Shown: positions 1-11,632, counted from the stretch's first letter. The stretch is 64,000 nucleotides of DNA from Porphyridium purpureum (GCA_008690995.1 VRMN01000008.1:744001-808000); one strand, 5' to 3'. Notes: generated by a model from the sequence alone, not told the origin. Made by a program: numbers and translations.

Positions 1-300
1 GGCATGTGCCTTTCGTAAACGTGGACGGCTGTCTGCGAAACGGAAGGAGAGAGAAAGGGGTATTCGCGCAACTCGCTCCGCAACGCAGCCTGATCCCAAC
101 CCCACTGGAATCCCAGCCACGCAGGCGCTATTGATTCCTTGGTCCAGCCAACACCACAGCACCTGAACACTGCATTAGGTTTCGCCACGCAACAGAGTCA
201 GCCATTGCGTCGAGCCCTACCAGATTGTTTCCCCCTCGTGCTCGCCGCTCAAGCCTCTGCTTCTGTGCTGCCGACGCTCTTTGCGTCTTGATTACGGCTC

Positions 301-3300
301 TCAGCGACCAAATCGGACCACCACAGTTCGATCTTCTGCCTCTGCCTCTTCTGTGGCAGCATCACTGCCATGCAGCTCTTCGGCTCGACGCCGTTCAGGA
401 TCAATCGCGACCCGCACCCCAGTGCCAATAGTATTGTTGGGCACGGTTTCAACCACAAACCCACGCTGCGCACCACCTGGCGCAGGATATTGAAACGAAA
501 GGCCGCCAGGACTGCCCAGCACCGCCGTCGCGCCGGCATCCGGACCATGGTACCCGAGAGGATACGCAACCATACGCAAAAATCCATCCGGCAAGTTCAA
601 AGACGTCGGCAAAAATGCTCCGTCCACGTCGCCAGTTTTCAAATCTTTGGGTTTGCCGCCATCGTTGCTGCAAAACGAGACGAGTTTACGGATCCGCGGC
701 ACCCACACCGATACAAGCTGTTCCGCAGCACGGGATACGTCCAGCTGGTGCTTTCCGGCGCCATTTCCGCGCACCACGGTCAATGGGCGAGCCTCCACAA
801 GATTCGAAAATTCGTGTATGACCTTTCCGCAAGCTCCGAATGAACACGGGAGCACTTCCGCTCCTTTCAAGCGGACCTCTGTCGCCGCATTGGCAGCGCG
901 ATTCAAGTGCAATGCGAGCTTGCGCACAAAACTGAGAATGCGTTGCGTCGACGCAAAACCGATGCATGGCGGCTCGCACAGAGCTGAAGATGTCGGTGTC
1001 GATGTTGATGCAGATGAGGCAGCTTTCGAGCGGCCTGCTGTCGCGGCAGTGGGAGAGAACACGCTCGTGCCTGGCACACGCCAGAAAAGGACGCCAGTCG
1101 CCAGGCGCACCGCACGCGCACAGAGAGACGCCAACGCCGCGCGTTCGGACGCCAAAGCGCAGTTCGATCTTGAAGGTGGATCTGCACCGCTCGCTTCCCA
1201 ACCCGCTAAGCACGCCTCCAGGACGACTTCAAACATGGCTCCGGGCAGCGCACCGGATTTCGCATCGTGCCAAAATGTGCGCCTGAGGGGATCGGCTTGG
1301 CCCTGCTCGAGTCGTATCTCAAGAGCTGCAACCCACAGCTGCAGTTCTTGGAATAGCTCGACTCGACCAAGCGCAGTGACCGAATGAAGCAGACGAAAAG
1401 TGATACCCAGTTCGGCATCGGTTCGATCAGATAACAAACGCATCGGAAGCTCTAACATCGTACTCCTGTCGTTGCCAGTACCCGCGAGAAGGAGGATGTC
1501 ACGCCTCCACGGCGAGGACGCCGTCGGCGACCGGGAATCCGCGCCGAACCCCAGCAGCGGAGCCAGAAGTGACAGAGATCGATGCGAGTAGGACACGGTG
1601 CATGACGCGGCGCATAATTCAGGCACAAACGCAGCGATTGCTATGAGAAGCGCGTGCGATGAGTCTGCATCAAAATCGGTATCAGTACGCATGCGGTCAT
1701 GCTTTCGTGCCGCCGCACTGCACCAATGTGCTTCGCACACGTATGTCATCACCGCCATGCTCTCTATCACCACACACGCGAGCGTCTCGTCGAAAGCATC
1801 TTTCAGTACCAAATCCTTCAATTCTTGGAAGCAGCGCAGCACGCAAAGCAGCTGGGCGTCATTATGATCCGCATATTCTCGTGACTGATGCAGCTTGTTC
1901 GTGGTCACTAAAAAGCCCTTCACAAAGCAGACAACAACGTCCATGGCGAGGGCCGCGTCTGGTGTGCTTCCAGACTCACCATCTGATCTAAAACAATGGA
2001 GCACAGACAAAATCAAACAGTGCAGCGCAACTGCGCTCACGCAGACCGCCTCGTCTAAGCTTGCTCGAGTGGCAGCGCGATCGCTGACACAGTTCTGGTC
2101 TAGGCTTCTCTCGTGCTGATTGAGACCAGACCGCAAGCAGGCACCCAGTGATTCAAAAAAGGCAACGCGTACTCCAGCCCCATCTGAATGCAAGTTCCCC
2201 GCATGCAGCGGGCCGTAACTCGAAGGAGGATCGACGCCTGTGCTCGGCAACGTGCTCTGTGAAGCAAGTGTGAAGAAATGATCCTGAGCGCCCATTGCGG
2301 TCAGTGCAGGTAACAATCCCATGCGAACTAGCCACCGGTGCTGGTACCAGTGTTCGCCGCACCCGCCACATAAAAAGCACGGACACAAAACCTCGAGCGG
2401 ACCGCAAGACGCTGCATTTGTACAAGTTTGATGACTTCCTGTGTCGAGCTTCGGATCACGTGCATTATTGTGCCTTGAAGTCAGGCGCGGCAGGCAGAAG
2501 CAAATCGCAGCCGACAGGTCGCTCATTCTCGACAATGCTGCATCGATGGCTTTCTCGCTGCGAGTTGAGCATGCGGCTACCCATGTAGATACCGGGACAG
2601 ACTCCCCGCGCTCACGAGCGACGTGCACGCCAAGCTCACCTGCTCGCAAATACGCCAGCGCCCGCTTTATCGCATCTGCGCAAGCTCCAGAAGATACGCA
2701 GCGACATAAATTGAGCTCCATCAAACCCATCTTGTCGGCGCACGCGTGCTGGAGATGCCAATCGATCCACGCAAGCAGTAGAATACCTGCGCGGTATAGC
2801 GATGTGGAGGCCGCGGCCAAGGCACCTACAGGTGTTGCCTCCGGGCAAGTCAGCAAATCGAGCGCCTCCACTCCTGCAGCGCAGCATAAAGCCAGTCCTT
2901 GCGAGCCATGCTCATCGTTGCTTCTTGCTGGCGACAGAAAGGTTTCATCATCGCGCGTCTCTCCCCGATGTGCCTCTAGCTTTTTCCTCGCGCGACGCGC
3001 TTCGACGAGAAGCGAGGCATTGCGCCAAGCACAGTCATGCTCCGACGCATGCAGCAAGAGACCAGTCGGGCTGGCATCGAATTCTACACCCATTTCATGA
3101 TTCATTGAAACACTTTGTGCGATCTCAATCGAAGCGAACGGACAAATCTGGCTCTCCGTGCCAAACTGACGATGCATGACGTACAAACCGGCCATTACGC
3201 GGCCGGCAAGAAACACGTCATCGTCGGGCATCTCTGCTACCAGGCCGACTGCTTCGCCCAAGGTTGGCATCGACAGCGTGAGTTGCCGACCATCCGGCTC

Positions 3301-5940
3301 AGCGTCAACCTCGTCCACACCAAAGAATGCATTCCATACGTATTCGACATCTTTGCGCGAAAAAACGGTCAAATCTGTGTACGCAAATGCGCGCAGCAAC
3401 GCGGAGAGACACAAACTGCTTGTGCTTCCGACGGCGGCTACCAGGCATCTCGCAGCCTCAGCGCGTGGCTGGAACGCAATGGCGGCATTCATCACCGCAA
3501 ACGCACGTTCAGGATGCGGATGCTCTGCGGCGTCGCCGGCGCCACCACTTGTCGCCAGAAAAAGCTTGCGCATGAGCACAAGCATCGACGTGCGTTCATG
3601 AACATTCGACTCGGAAACGCACAAGGAAGCTCGAAGGAACGCGATCGCTTCGTAGACACACATGACCCATACTTGCCGCTTGCGCGTAAGGAATTCCTCC
3701 AGCGTACCAATGTGTCGCCTAAACTCCGCTTCCATGCGACTGTGCAATGAAGGTCGCGACTCGACAATTTGAAAGCTTAGTTCGCGAACAAAGCTTGCAA
3801 GGAGCGCGTCGTAATGCGCGTTGGGGCTTCGAGCTGCAAGCAACGCCATGTCTGCCACGACCCAGTCCGAGCTCAGAGGGACGCGCTCAATCAGCGTCGA
3901 AGCAAATTTCGCCAATGTTTGAATGCCCCGCGGTCGAAACCTATTGCTGGTTTCGGACACATTTTGAATAGTCGAGAGCTGCTTGTGCCGCTCTCCAAAG
4001 CCTACATCCGCATCGAGCCGCGCGCACTCGCTACCGAGCATGCGCCAAATGGCGTGAAAAACATACCGAATCGCCTCGCTATGATGCGCAGTGTTGATAC
4101 CAAAATGAGCAGTTTTGTCTCTGCGCAAGCCAATGCCCCAGAGATGTTTGTGAAGGGCGCTTGCCAAGGCAAAGACAGAATCGAAATTAGACATGCTTCC
4201 TGAGACATTTTCGTTGAGCTGCATTCCACACGTACACAGCAAGTGGTTGCGCGGAACCCAGATAAGATGATGATTGTGCCTCCATGCGCTTTTCACTGTT
4301 CCATCGACACCATGATTTCTGCTCAACGCATGACCAAGGCGAAGCAAGTAGACATCAAAGAATGCGGTTTGACTTTTGTGTTCCTGCTTTGGTGGCAATG
4401 CAACTGAACCAGACGGATTACTGTCACGCTCAAGCGCGTTCGCAAGCGTGCCCAGAAGGATTCCAACATCAACGCCATTGAGCAGGTCCGGCTGTTCCTG
4501 GACAGCATGCAGCCACGTTCGCGCGAACACTTTGTCCGAACATACTTCTCTTTGGACCTGCACCTGCATCTGCATCATGGCGTCACTATCCACAGCGTTG
4601 CTACCCACGCGCTCGCTCAGGTGCTTCCTAATACGCTGCACAATTGAAAGCGCTGTCCTATCCACGCCAGGCAACGAATTCGGTTGAAGTGCTTTCGAAT
4701 TTGGGCGGGTCGCAACCGCAGAGCCTTTGGATGCACATTTCTGAAGGCTCAAAACGTCGTCTAGTTGCGAGAGCCCATCTGTTGCAATAGAACACCACTC
4801 CAGCTCGAGCCGATCCGAGTCTAGCAAAAGTTCCGGCTCTTCACTGGTACGCGCGCTGCTAAACACAGACTGCGTCGAAAAGTCTTCGGCTGTACATGGG
4901 TATCTGGATGAAAGATGCGTTGCCATTGAGCCAAGGAAAAGCTCCTCTCGAGTCTCCAGGCTATGCAAGGAGGACGGCGCTTCCTGTGCATCTGTAGTCC
5001 GCCGTTTGTGTGCGCTCAACAATTCAGGCGGCCGCTGCGCCTCGGTGAGCAAGCCGCTTCCTTGATCTGTATATACCGACTCCTCTTCAAGCACAATGTG
5101 CAGGCTTCGCTTCAAGGTGGCACGCAACTTTGCGTGGTTCAACGCAGCACAAGGCGCCTCCACCGGGCGGCCAAACCTGCTGGTGCTTGAGCCCATAGAG
5201 TCACTCGTACAATCCGAGCGAAATGCCGGCTTGCGCTCACTTCGCGCGCTTCTCGAAGAGGCAATGCTTCGTCTGGTAAACTGCACCAGAACAACAATAA
5301 GCGGCAGGAGCTCTGCAAGGTCAACAAGGTTGAGTGCCACCAGCAGCGTATCAAGAATCACCCCCTTCAATCTAGTTTGCTCCTTGCCCACACGCTGTAA
5401 ATAGACGGTATGGAGCACGCGAACAGAGAGAAGCACGAGGCTCCGATCAGAGCGCAGCAGCTCGCCCAGAAGCAGCAGCAGCTCCATCAGCACATCTGAA
5501 CGCGCGTGGCCTTGAGCGTTAGCTGCAACTGCATTGGCGATGCCATCAGCGTCTGGTCGAAAGAGAGGCGGCAGGAGCGGCAAGATTTGCACGGGATACA
5601 GCCGCGCTAACTCCATCACCATCGCGCGCACCTCGGAAGACACTGCGCATCCGAGCACGTCGCTGATTTCGCGCGTCGCCACAGCGGCAAAGTAGGCACT
5701 GCCACCCGAATGAGAATCCATACAAACATTGGCATCTGTATCAGACGGAGAGTGCGAGCCTAGCTCACGTTCATTCGCGACGAGACCCTGCATCGGGCGC
5801 GCGGCAGCGCTGCTCGTGAGCGCGTCCGCGCTGTCGCCCGCTGCCACTGCATATTCTAGCAGCATCAGAGCTGCTGCGTTTGCGTCGCGCACGCTAGCCG
5901 CACGGCGCAGCCGCCGCCGGAGCTCCTCCCAATCATCCAT
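301..5940 (-). CDS. Large alpha-helical protein, probable highly diverged FANCD2-like DNA crosslink repair protein
   Basis: 1879-aa ORF. Segments LLRSDRSLVLLSVRVL..VDLAELLPLIVVLVQF, FARTWLHAV..VDVGILL and SMLVLMRKLFLA recall FANCD2 blocks in the right order (by-eye recollection). Confidence 0.5.
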   Translation of the reverse strand: MDDWEELRRRLRRAASVRDANAAALMLLEYAVAAGDSADALTSSAAARPMQGLVANERELGSHSPSDTDANVCMDSHSGGSAYFAAVATREISDVLGCAVSSEVRAMVMELARLYPVQILPLLPPLFRPDADGIANAVAANAQGHARSDVLMELLLLLGELLRSDRSLVLLSVRVLHTVYLQRVGKEQTRLKGVILDTLLVALNLVDLAELLPLIVVLVQFTRRSIASSRSARSERKPAFRSDCTSDSMGSSTSRFGRPVEAPCAALNHAKLRATLKRSLHIVLEEESVYTDQGSGLLTEAQRPPELLSAHKRRTTDAQEAPSSLHSLETREELFLGSMATHLSSRYPCTAEDFSTQSVFSSARTSEEPELLLDSDRLELEWCSIATDGLSQLDDVLSLQKCASKGSAVATRPNSKALQPNSLPGVDRTALSIVQRIRKHLSERVGSNAVDSDAMMQMQVQVQREVCSDKVFARTWLHAVQEQPDLLNGVDVGILLGTLANALERDSNPSGSVALPPKQEHKSQTAFFDVYLLRLGHALSRNHGVDGTVKSAWRHNHHLIWVPRNHLLCTCGMQLNENVSGSMSNFDSVFALASALHKHLWGIGLRRDKTAHFGINTAHHSEAIRYVFHAIWRMLGSECARLDADVGFGERHKQLSTIQNVSETSNRFRPRGIQTLAKFASTLIERVPLSSDWVVADMALLAARSPNAHYDALLASFVRELSFQIVESRPSLHSRMEAEFRRHIGTLEEFLTRKRQVWVMCVYEAIAFLRASLCVSESNVHERTSMLVLMRKLFLATSGGAGDAAEHPHPERAFAVMNAAIAFQPRAEAARCLVAAVGSTSSLCLSALLRAFAYTDLTVFSRKDVEYVWNAFFGVDEVDAEPDGRQLTLSMPTLGEAVGLVAEMPDDDVFLAGRVMAGLYVMHRQFGTESQICPFASIEIAQSVSMNHEMGVEFDASPTGLLLHASEHDCAWRNASLLVEARRARKKLEAHRGETRDDETFLSPARSNDEHGSQGLALCCAAGVEALDLLTCPEATPVGALAAASTSLYRAGILLLAWIDWHLQHACADKMGLMELNLCRCVSSGACADAIKRALAYLRAGELGVHVARERGESVPVSTWVAACSTRSEKAIDAALSRMSDLSAAICFCLPRLTSRHNNARDPKLDTGSHQTCTNAASCGPLEVLCPCFLCGGCGEHWYQHRWLVRMGLLPALTAMGAQDHFFTLASQSTLPSTGVDPPSSYGPLHAGNLHSDGAGVRVAFFESLGACLRSGLNQHERSLDQNCVSDRAATRASLDEAVCVSAVALHCLILSVLHCFRSDGESGSTPDAALAMDVVVCFVKGFLVTTNKLHQSREYADHNDAQLLCVLRCFQELKDLVLKDAFDETLACVVIESMAVMTYVCEAHWCSAAARKHDRMRTDTDFDADSSHALLIAIAAFVPELCAASCTVSYSHRSLSLLAPLLGFGADSRSPTASSPWRRDILLLAGTGNDRSTMLELPMRLLSDRTDAELGITFRLLHSVTALGRVELFQELQLWVAALEIRLEQGQADPLRRTFWHDAKSGALPGAMFEVVLEACLAGWEASGADPPSRSNCALASERAALASLCARAVRLATGVLFWRVPGTSVFSPTAATAGRSKAASSASTSTPTSSALCEPPCIGFASTQRILSFVRKLALHLNRAANAATEVRLKGAEVLPCSFGACGKVIHEFSNLVEARPLTVVRGNGAGKHQLDVSRAAEQLVSVWVPRIRKLVSFCSNDGGKPKDLKTGDVDGAFLPTSLNLPDGFLRMVAYPLGYHGPDAGATAVLGSPGGLSFQYPAPGGAQRGFVVETVPNNTIGTGVRVAIDPERRRAEELHGSDAATEEAEAEDRTVVVRFGR

Positions 5941-6149
5941 GGCGTGTCCATTGGCACGCGTGTGTGCCCACTTGCGCGCGTATAAGCTCGGACCAACGAG
6001 CGATCATCCTTCTCGCTGGCCCCAACACATGACAAACCTTTCTTTCCTAATAAATCCGTGCATTTTTAATACAACCTGCTCGTCCGTCTTTCGCGCCAAG
6101 CGGCAGAAGCTTGCGTTTGCATTGCGCGCATGCGACGTTTCGGAGCTTG

Positions 6150-7196
6150 CTACTGAGCTGGCGCGCCAGGCGCCTGGACCATCGCTCGCAACTGTGCGCA
6201 CAGCTTGTCGTAGTACGGCCACATGCCCGGTGAGTACGTGGCTATAAGGTGTCGGCATTTTTGATCTACGGCCAGGAACGCGCTGCGCGTAAACGAACTC
6301 TTGACATATCGTATGCGCAGGAATTGGAGATACCCAAACAGCATCAGCAGAGAGTTGAGCGGCGAGAAGAATGCATTGAAAAGGATGTTTGGCACAATCG
6401 CCAGCTCGATGAGGGCAACATAGCGCTGCGCGGTACCGCGGAATCGGTCCATTCGCGCGTACACGACAGAATACTGCTGCGTATACCGCGGGAACCGCGA
6501 TTGTACGAGAGTCTGCATGGCCGTCAGCGCCCCATACACTGAAAAGACGATTAGCGGGAAAAGCGCAATGACAATTTCGGGCTGGGCGCCACGCATGGCG
6601 ATGCAGAAAAAGATGTACTGTACATGGTCGAGTTGCATCATGCGCTCAAGATACTCTCGATTGAATTGCGGAAGCCCCACCGCATTCAGCGTCCCGACCA
6701 CGTACACGATTGCGGCCGCGAGCAACGCCTTGCCGTAGAACCAGCCTCGCGCACCAAGAATTGGAATGATCGCGAGCAGCGAGGTCACGAGAATGAAGCA
6801 GTAGAAGAATAATTTTGAAGGAGGGCTCGACAGCAGTGACAGCAGGCGGTAGCACGCCGTCTCCCACTGCGACCCGCCCGAGCCACGCACGTGCGCCGAC
6901 GACTGCGGCGCGGACCGTGACTGCGTTGCTTGCGTCGACCAGGCGCTTGCATTCGAGCGCGTTTCCGCCGGCGCCGGTGCGGAGCGCGCAGACGCGGCAC
7001 CGCGCGGCGGCTGCGGAGCTCCGGGCAGATCGGCATTCACATACTTTCGGAAATAGATGCGGCGCAACATGACCCGTTCGTCCTCCGGACTCGACGCGAC
7101 AAGCGTGGCCGTTTCTAGAAACCTCGCGAATCGCGCATCCGCGTCAAAATCATGCGTCGCAAATGCCGCTTCTGCGGCCTGCCCGCTTGCAGACAT
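6150..7196 (-). CDS. TMEM33: TMEM33/Pom33-family ER membrane protein, plant-type N-terminal domain
   Basis: N-terminal HDFDADARF..RRIYFRKYVNADL block, several TM helices, YLQFLRIRY..SSFTRSAF motif. Confidence 0.8.
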   Translation of the reverse strand: MSASGQAAEAAFATHDFDADARFARFLETATLVASSPEDERVMLRRIYFRKYVNADLPGAPQPPRGAASARSAPAPAETRSNASAWSTQATQSRSAPQSSAHVRGSGGSQWETACYRLLSLLSSPPSKLFFYCFILVTSLLAIIPILGARGWFYGKALLAAAIVYVVGTLNAVGLPQFNREYLERMMQLDHVQYIFFCIAMRGAQPEIVIALFPLIVFSVYGALTAMQTLVQSRFPRYTQQYSVVYARMDRFRGTAQRYVALIELAIVPNILFNAFFSPLNSLLMLFGYLQFLRIRYVKSSFTRSAFLAVDQKCRHLIATYSPGMWPYYDKLCAQLRAMVQAPGAPAQ

Positions 7197-7475
7197 CTCT
7201 CTCTCCTCTCACCTTGTCGTCACCGGTTTCTCTCTCTCTCTCCCTTTCTCTCTCGCTCTCGCCCTCGCTCTCTCTCTCACACGATCGCACGCCGTGTACT
7301 GATTGATTTCGGCACGAAACCGTACTTTGTCCTGAGTACAGTTCAGGGTGGGTTCAGCGACATTCGTTTAGTGTACAGTGAGGTTGAATAAGGTACAGTT
7401 ATTGGATGCGCGCACGCCCGCGGACGAGTTGGGGCGGACGCCGTGCGGTAAGAGCGTGGTGGGTGGCGGCTGGCG

Positions 7476-9890
7476 ATGCGTGGCGGAATGGACGACAGGC
7501 CGGGAGCTGGAGGCAGTCGCGCGGCAATGCCTGGCCGCCAGGGTAAGAAGCTCGCGAGAGCCGTGCGCTCGTCGGTGCGCGGCGGCGCGTTGGGCAGCGC
7601 GCCGCCGGCGCAGCAGAGCGCCGCGCCGCATGCAGATCACGACGAAAGCGCGTCCAGCAGTGAAGATGAGCTCTACGCGAACAAGGTCGGCAACATTCCG
7701 ATGCGGTGGTATGAAACGTATGACCACATTGGGTATAACGCAGAGGGCCGCAAGGTCATGCGGGCGCCACGCTCCGACGCTCAGCGGCTCGCAGACCTCG
7801 TCGACCCAGAGAGCTGGCGAAAAGTGTACGACGAGAAGAATGACACGTACGTGATGCTCACGGATGCGGAGCTGAACATGATCGCGCGACTTCGAGAAAA
7901 CAAGGTGCTTGGTGTCAACGAGGAGGAGGTGGTCGCGTGGAGCGGGCCGGTCATGCAGACTCCCGCATACCCACTTCCCACTGAGCCCAAGCGGCGGTTT
8001 CAGCCGTCCAAGCATGAGGCCAAGGAAGTTGTGCGCCTCGTACGTGCAATCCGGAACGGATGGAAGTCGCAGAAGCGCGACGAGAACGACCTCGTGCACG
8101 GCGGTGCCGCCAAGATGTATGATCTGTGGGTTAAAGAGCAGACGCGCGCACTCGAAGAAATTAGCAAGGCGGAGCGCACGCGGCAGCTCATGCACGCCTC
8201 CGCGCCCAAGCTGGCGCCACCCACCCATCAGGAAAGCTACAACCCACCCGAGGAGTACCTGCCGACTCCGGAAGAGGCGCGCGAGTGGATGGACGCTCAT
8301 CCACACGACCGTGAAACCAATTTTCTACCCACCAAGTATGGCGCGTTTCGGCACGTGCCGCTGTATGAAAATGGCGTCAAGGAGCGCTTTGAGCGCTGCT
8401 TGGACCTGTACCTTGCAACGCGTACCGTTACCCAAAAGCTGCGCATCGATCCGGAAAGCCTGATTCCGCGAATTCAAAAACCGTCCGAGCTGCGGCCGTT
8501 TCCAACAGGTCTTTCCGGCACGTGCCAATTGCGCATACCAGGCAAGCTGCGCGCCATCTCGCTGCACTGCTCTGGGCGCTGGCTGCTGGCGGCGTCCACG
8601 CAAGGTGCCATTGCTGCCATCGAGATCCCGAGTGGGCGCGTCGCAAACGTGTGGCACTTTGACAAGCTTCAGCGCGACGCCGAGCGCGTCGACGATGGAG
8701 AAGAAGACCAGGCGAATGCTTCCTCTCCGAGAGAATTGGAGCCTCCCAGCGCGTTCCTGGATGCCGGTGTTCTGGGCAAAGACGCCAAGCAGCTTGTTCC
8801 GGAGCTACCGGTGCACTCGGTGCGCTGGTGCCCACGCGCAGATGCGCTCGTGTTTGCGGCAGGCTATCGAAAAGTTTTGTATGTAGTGGACGCGTCGCGT
8901 GCGCTGGGCGCCTCAGAGAGCGTCGCGAGCACCTCTGCTTTATTGATGGAGCATTCCAAACAGGTGACGTCCATGGAACGGCAAAAGAATGAGTGTGTAT
9001 GGGCAGAAGTGTACGAGGCCGATGCCTCGCGTGAAAATGGAACAAGGAGCGACGTGGAGAAAAATAGCGCGCAGAAAAGCAAGCATCCTCGCAGCAAAGC
9101 TTCTCCAGTTGCTGGCAAGGCGGGCGACGCCAAGGCAGAACAAAGCGAAGCATCTGAGGAGGAAGTCGTTGGTAACGGCGTCAAAGATGAGCCGAAGGTG
9201 AGCCGCCAGGTGTGCGCGCTGGTCATTGGACACTCGCACGATGTTAAATCAGTCGACTGGCACAAACGGGGTGACTATGTGGTATGTGCCACGCGAGATA
9301 CGGGTGGCGGCTCAATATTGATGCATCGGATAAGCCGGCGGCAGAGCCAGCGGCCGTGTCCGCGGGCTATTTCGAGCAAGGCGCAGATTGTGCTCTTCCA
9401 TCCCTCGCGACCTTACTTATTTGTGGCATCACAGCAACATGTGCGCGTGTTTCACCTTGTGGAACAAAAAGTGGTCAAGAAGCTGTCACCCGGTGTCAAG
9501 TGGATTTCATCACTCGATGTGCACCCTAGCGGAGACCACTTGCTTGTTGGTGCGTATGACGCGCGGGTGTGCTGGATGGACCTTGACCTGGGCGACAAGC
9601 CCTATCGTGTGCTCAAGAGCCACAAAAAGGCGGTGCGCGCAGTCGGCTTCCACCCCTCGCTTCCTCTGTTTGCGGATGTATCAGACGACCTCACGGCGCA
9701 CGTATTCCATGGCTCCGTGTTTGACGACCTGTCTAAGAACGCGCTGATTGTGCCCGTCAAGATTTTGAAGGGCGTGCACAAAGAGCGTCAGTCTATCGGG
9801 ATTGTTGGGTTGGCGTGGCATCCACGGTTTCCATGGCTCATCACTGCGGGTGTCGATAACGCCGTGCACATCATGACCGATCTGGTGTGA
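7476..9890 (+). CDS. BOP1: Ribosome biogenesis WD40 protein BOP1/Erb1 (ATG start probably 7527)
   Basis: NKVGNIPMRWYETYDHIGY, PKRRFQPSKHE, ESYNPPEEYL, KERFERCLDLYL, C-terminal WD40 repeats. Confidence 0.97.
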   Translation: MRGGMDDRPGAGGSRAAMPGRQGKKLARAVRSSVRGGALGSAPPAQQSAAPHADHDESASSSEDELYANKVGNIPMRWYETYDHIGYNAEGRKVMRAPRSDAQRLADLVDPESWRKVYDEKNDTYVMLTDAELNMIARLRENKVLGVNEEEVVAWSGPVMQTPAYPLPTEPKRRFQPSKHEAKEVVRLVRAIRNGWKSQKRDENDLVHGGAAKMYDLWVKEQTRALEEISKAERTRQLMHASAPKLAPPTHQESYNPPEEYLPTPEEAREWMDAHPHDRETNFLPTKYGAFRHVPLYENGVKERFERCLDLYLATRTVTQKLRIDPESLIPRIQKPSELRPFPTGLSGTCQLRIPGKLRAISLHCSGRWLLAASTQGAIAAIEIPSGRVANVWHFDKLQRDAERVDDGEEDQANASSPRELEPPSAFLDAGVLGKDAKQLVPELPVHSVRWCPRADALVFAAGYRKVLYVVDASRALGASESVASTSALLMEHSKQVTSMERQKNECVWAEVYEADASRENGTRSDVEKNSAQKSKHPRSKASPVAGKAGDAKAEQSEASEEEVVGNGVKDEPKVSRQVCALVIGHSHDVKSVDWHKRGDYVVCATRDTGGGSILMHRISRRQSQRPCPRAISSKAQIVLFHPSRPYLFVASQQHVRVFHLVEQKVVKKLSPGVKWISSLDVHPSGDHLLVGAYDARVCWMDLDLGDKPYRVLKSHKKAVRAVGFHPSLPLFADVSDDLTAHVFHGSVFDDLSKNALIVPVKILKGVHKERQSIGIVGLAWHPRFPWLITAGVDNAVHIMTDLV

Positions 9891-10093
9891 TGGGGCTGCA
9901 TGAGCCGCGGCGTGAGGATGACACGTCGACCGTCACGATTGCAGTAGGAACCTGTGGTTGTTGAGGGCCATGGTGCATGGAAGCAAAGCAAAGAAAAGCA
10001 TTTCATTCCCTGTGAGTATTTAGAGAAACGCCCAAGTGCGAAAAAAAGGGGGCAGCACACAGTATACCCGGACCTGTTTCTTTCTCCTCCAAA

Positions 10094-11329
10094 TTAGTGT
10101 TGCACGGACGTCCTTGTTGTTCGCAACGACATTGTCAAGCGCGACAAGTCATTACGGATCATCTGCGTGCTGCGGTGTGTGCCTGGTCTCAGCCACGGAT
10201 GCTCGAGCGCCTGCGGTCCCGTCAAGCGAGCGTCCTGATCCACGGTGAGCAGCTTTTTGATCAAGTCTTTAGCTATGTCGCTAATGTCGGCCCACTGCTC
10301 GTCAGGAAAGGCAAAATCGGCCGTTTTGATCTTTCTAAAAACCACCTCTGCGCTCTTTTCATCATCAAACGGTAGTTTGCCGCTGAGGATATTGTACATG
10401 ATAACGCCACATGACCACATGTCGACAGACGAGTTGTATTGCTCCCCCTTGATAATTTCAGGTGCCGCAAAGTACGGCGTGCCCACCTGCGTTTCCATCA
10501 TATGGCCTGTGTCGGCAAAGTTCGCGAGCCCAAAGTCGCACAACTTGACCGTCCACGGAAACAGCTTTTGCTTACATAACATGTTTTCGGGTTTCAGATC
10601 GCGGTGCACAATGCCCTTCTCGTGCAAGTACACCACGCCCGACACAATCTCGCGCATGACCATGGCGGCGCGATCTTCGGTGACGGAGCCCTCCTTGACG
10701 AGCACATCGTACAGCATGCCGCCCCCGAGATACTCCATGACAATGAAGATCGAGTCCTGGCTTTCGAACACATCGTAAGTGTTCACGACGTTGGGGTGGT
10801 CCACCTTGGTCACGATGTCGATTTCGCGCTTGAGGTACGTGTAGTCATCCTCGTTGAGATTCTTCTTCTTGAATGTTTTGATCGCGACGCGCTCGCCGGT
10901 GTTCTTGTTGGTGGCTGCGCGGACGACGCCAAACGCGCCCTTGCCCAGCACGTCGCCCAAGTTGTAAAAGTGCTCCACGTACATGTTACTTGCGCGAGAT
11001 ATCGCGTCGATCCATTCGTCGCGCTCGCTTTCCTTCTCGGTGAACAGGTTGAGCTTCTTGTCCTTGAGCGTGATGACGATTTCCTTCTTGCCCGAGCCCT
11101 TGTCGACCGTGCAGTTAAGCAGACTGACCTCCCACGTGGGCAGATCGCTCGGGCTGGCGGGTTTCGTGAGGTAATTCCGCAGCCGCGTGCCGTCGAGCTC
11201 CATCCAGCGCTTATGCTTCATGGCCTTGAACGACGAGCCGGCCTTGAGCAAGAAGCCTTCATGCTTGACCTGCCCGACCGTAGAGTGCGGCCCGTGCCGC
11301 ACCGTGCGGCCCTTGGGAATGGACGCCAT
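10094..11329 (-). CDS. PH-domain CaMK-family Ser/Thr kinase
   Basis: N-terminal PH domain (KHEGFLLK..KRW..ERDEWIDAI). Kinase motifs GKGAFG, HRDLKPEN, DFG, APE. First ATG at 11329; the track start is non-ATG. Confidence 0.93.
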   Translation of the reverse strand: MASIPKGRTVRHGPHSTVGQVKHEGFLLKAGSSFKAMKHKRWMELDGTRLRNYLTKPASPSDLPTWEVSLLNCTVDKGSGKKEIVITLKDKKLNLFTEKESERDEWIDAISRASNMYVEHFYNLGDVLGKGAFGVVRAATNKNTGERVAIKTFKKKNLNEDDYTYLKREIDIVTKVDHPNVVNTYDVFESQDSIFIVMEYLGGGMLYDVLVKEGSVTEDRAAMVMREIVSGVVYLHEKGIVHRDLKPENMLCKQKLFPWTVKLCDFGLANFADTGHMMETQVGTPYFAAPEIIKGEQYNSSVDMWSCGVIMYNILSGKLPFDDEKSAEVVFRKIKTADFAFPDEQWADISDIAKDLIKKLLTVDQDARLTGPQALEHPWLRPGTHRSTQMIRNDLSRLTMSLRTTRTSVQH

Positions 11330-11632
11330 CACGTCGAGGCAATTATTCTCCTGCACCACCGTCCCGCGGCCCGCCAACGCCCCCTATCTGCCGCCGCCCT
11401 CGCACGCTCCCCGCCCCTCCACCGCGTCCACCTCCACCTCCCCACCCACACGCCGCCCTTCTCCCCCCCCCACCTCCCTCCGCCAATCGCCCACAACGCG
11501 CCAACGCACACGCGTGCCTCGCACGCTCAGCGCGATTTCTCGCCTGCGACGTGCGGCAACTTTCAAATCGGAGCGAGCAGACAGAGCAAGTCGATGCGTT
11601 TTACGAGTGGGCTACGCCGATGCGCAGATGCA

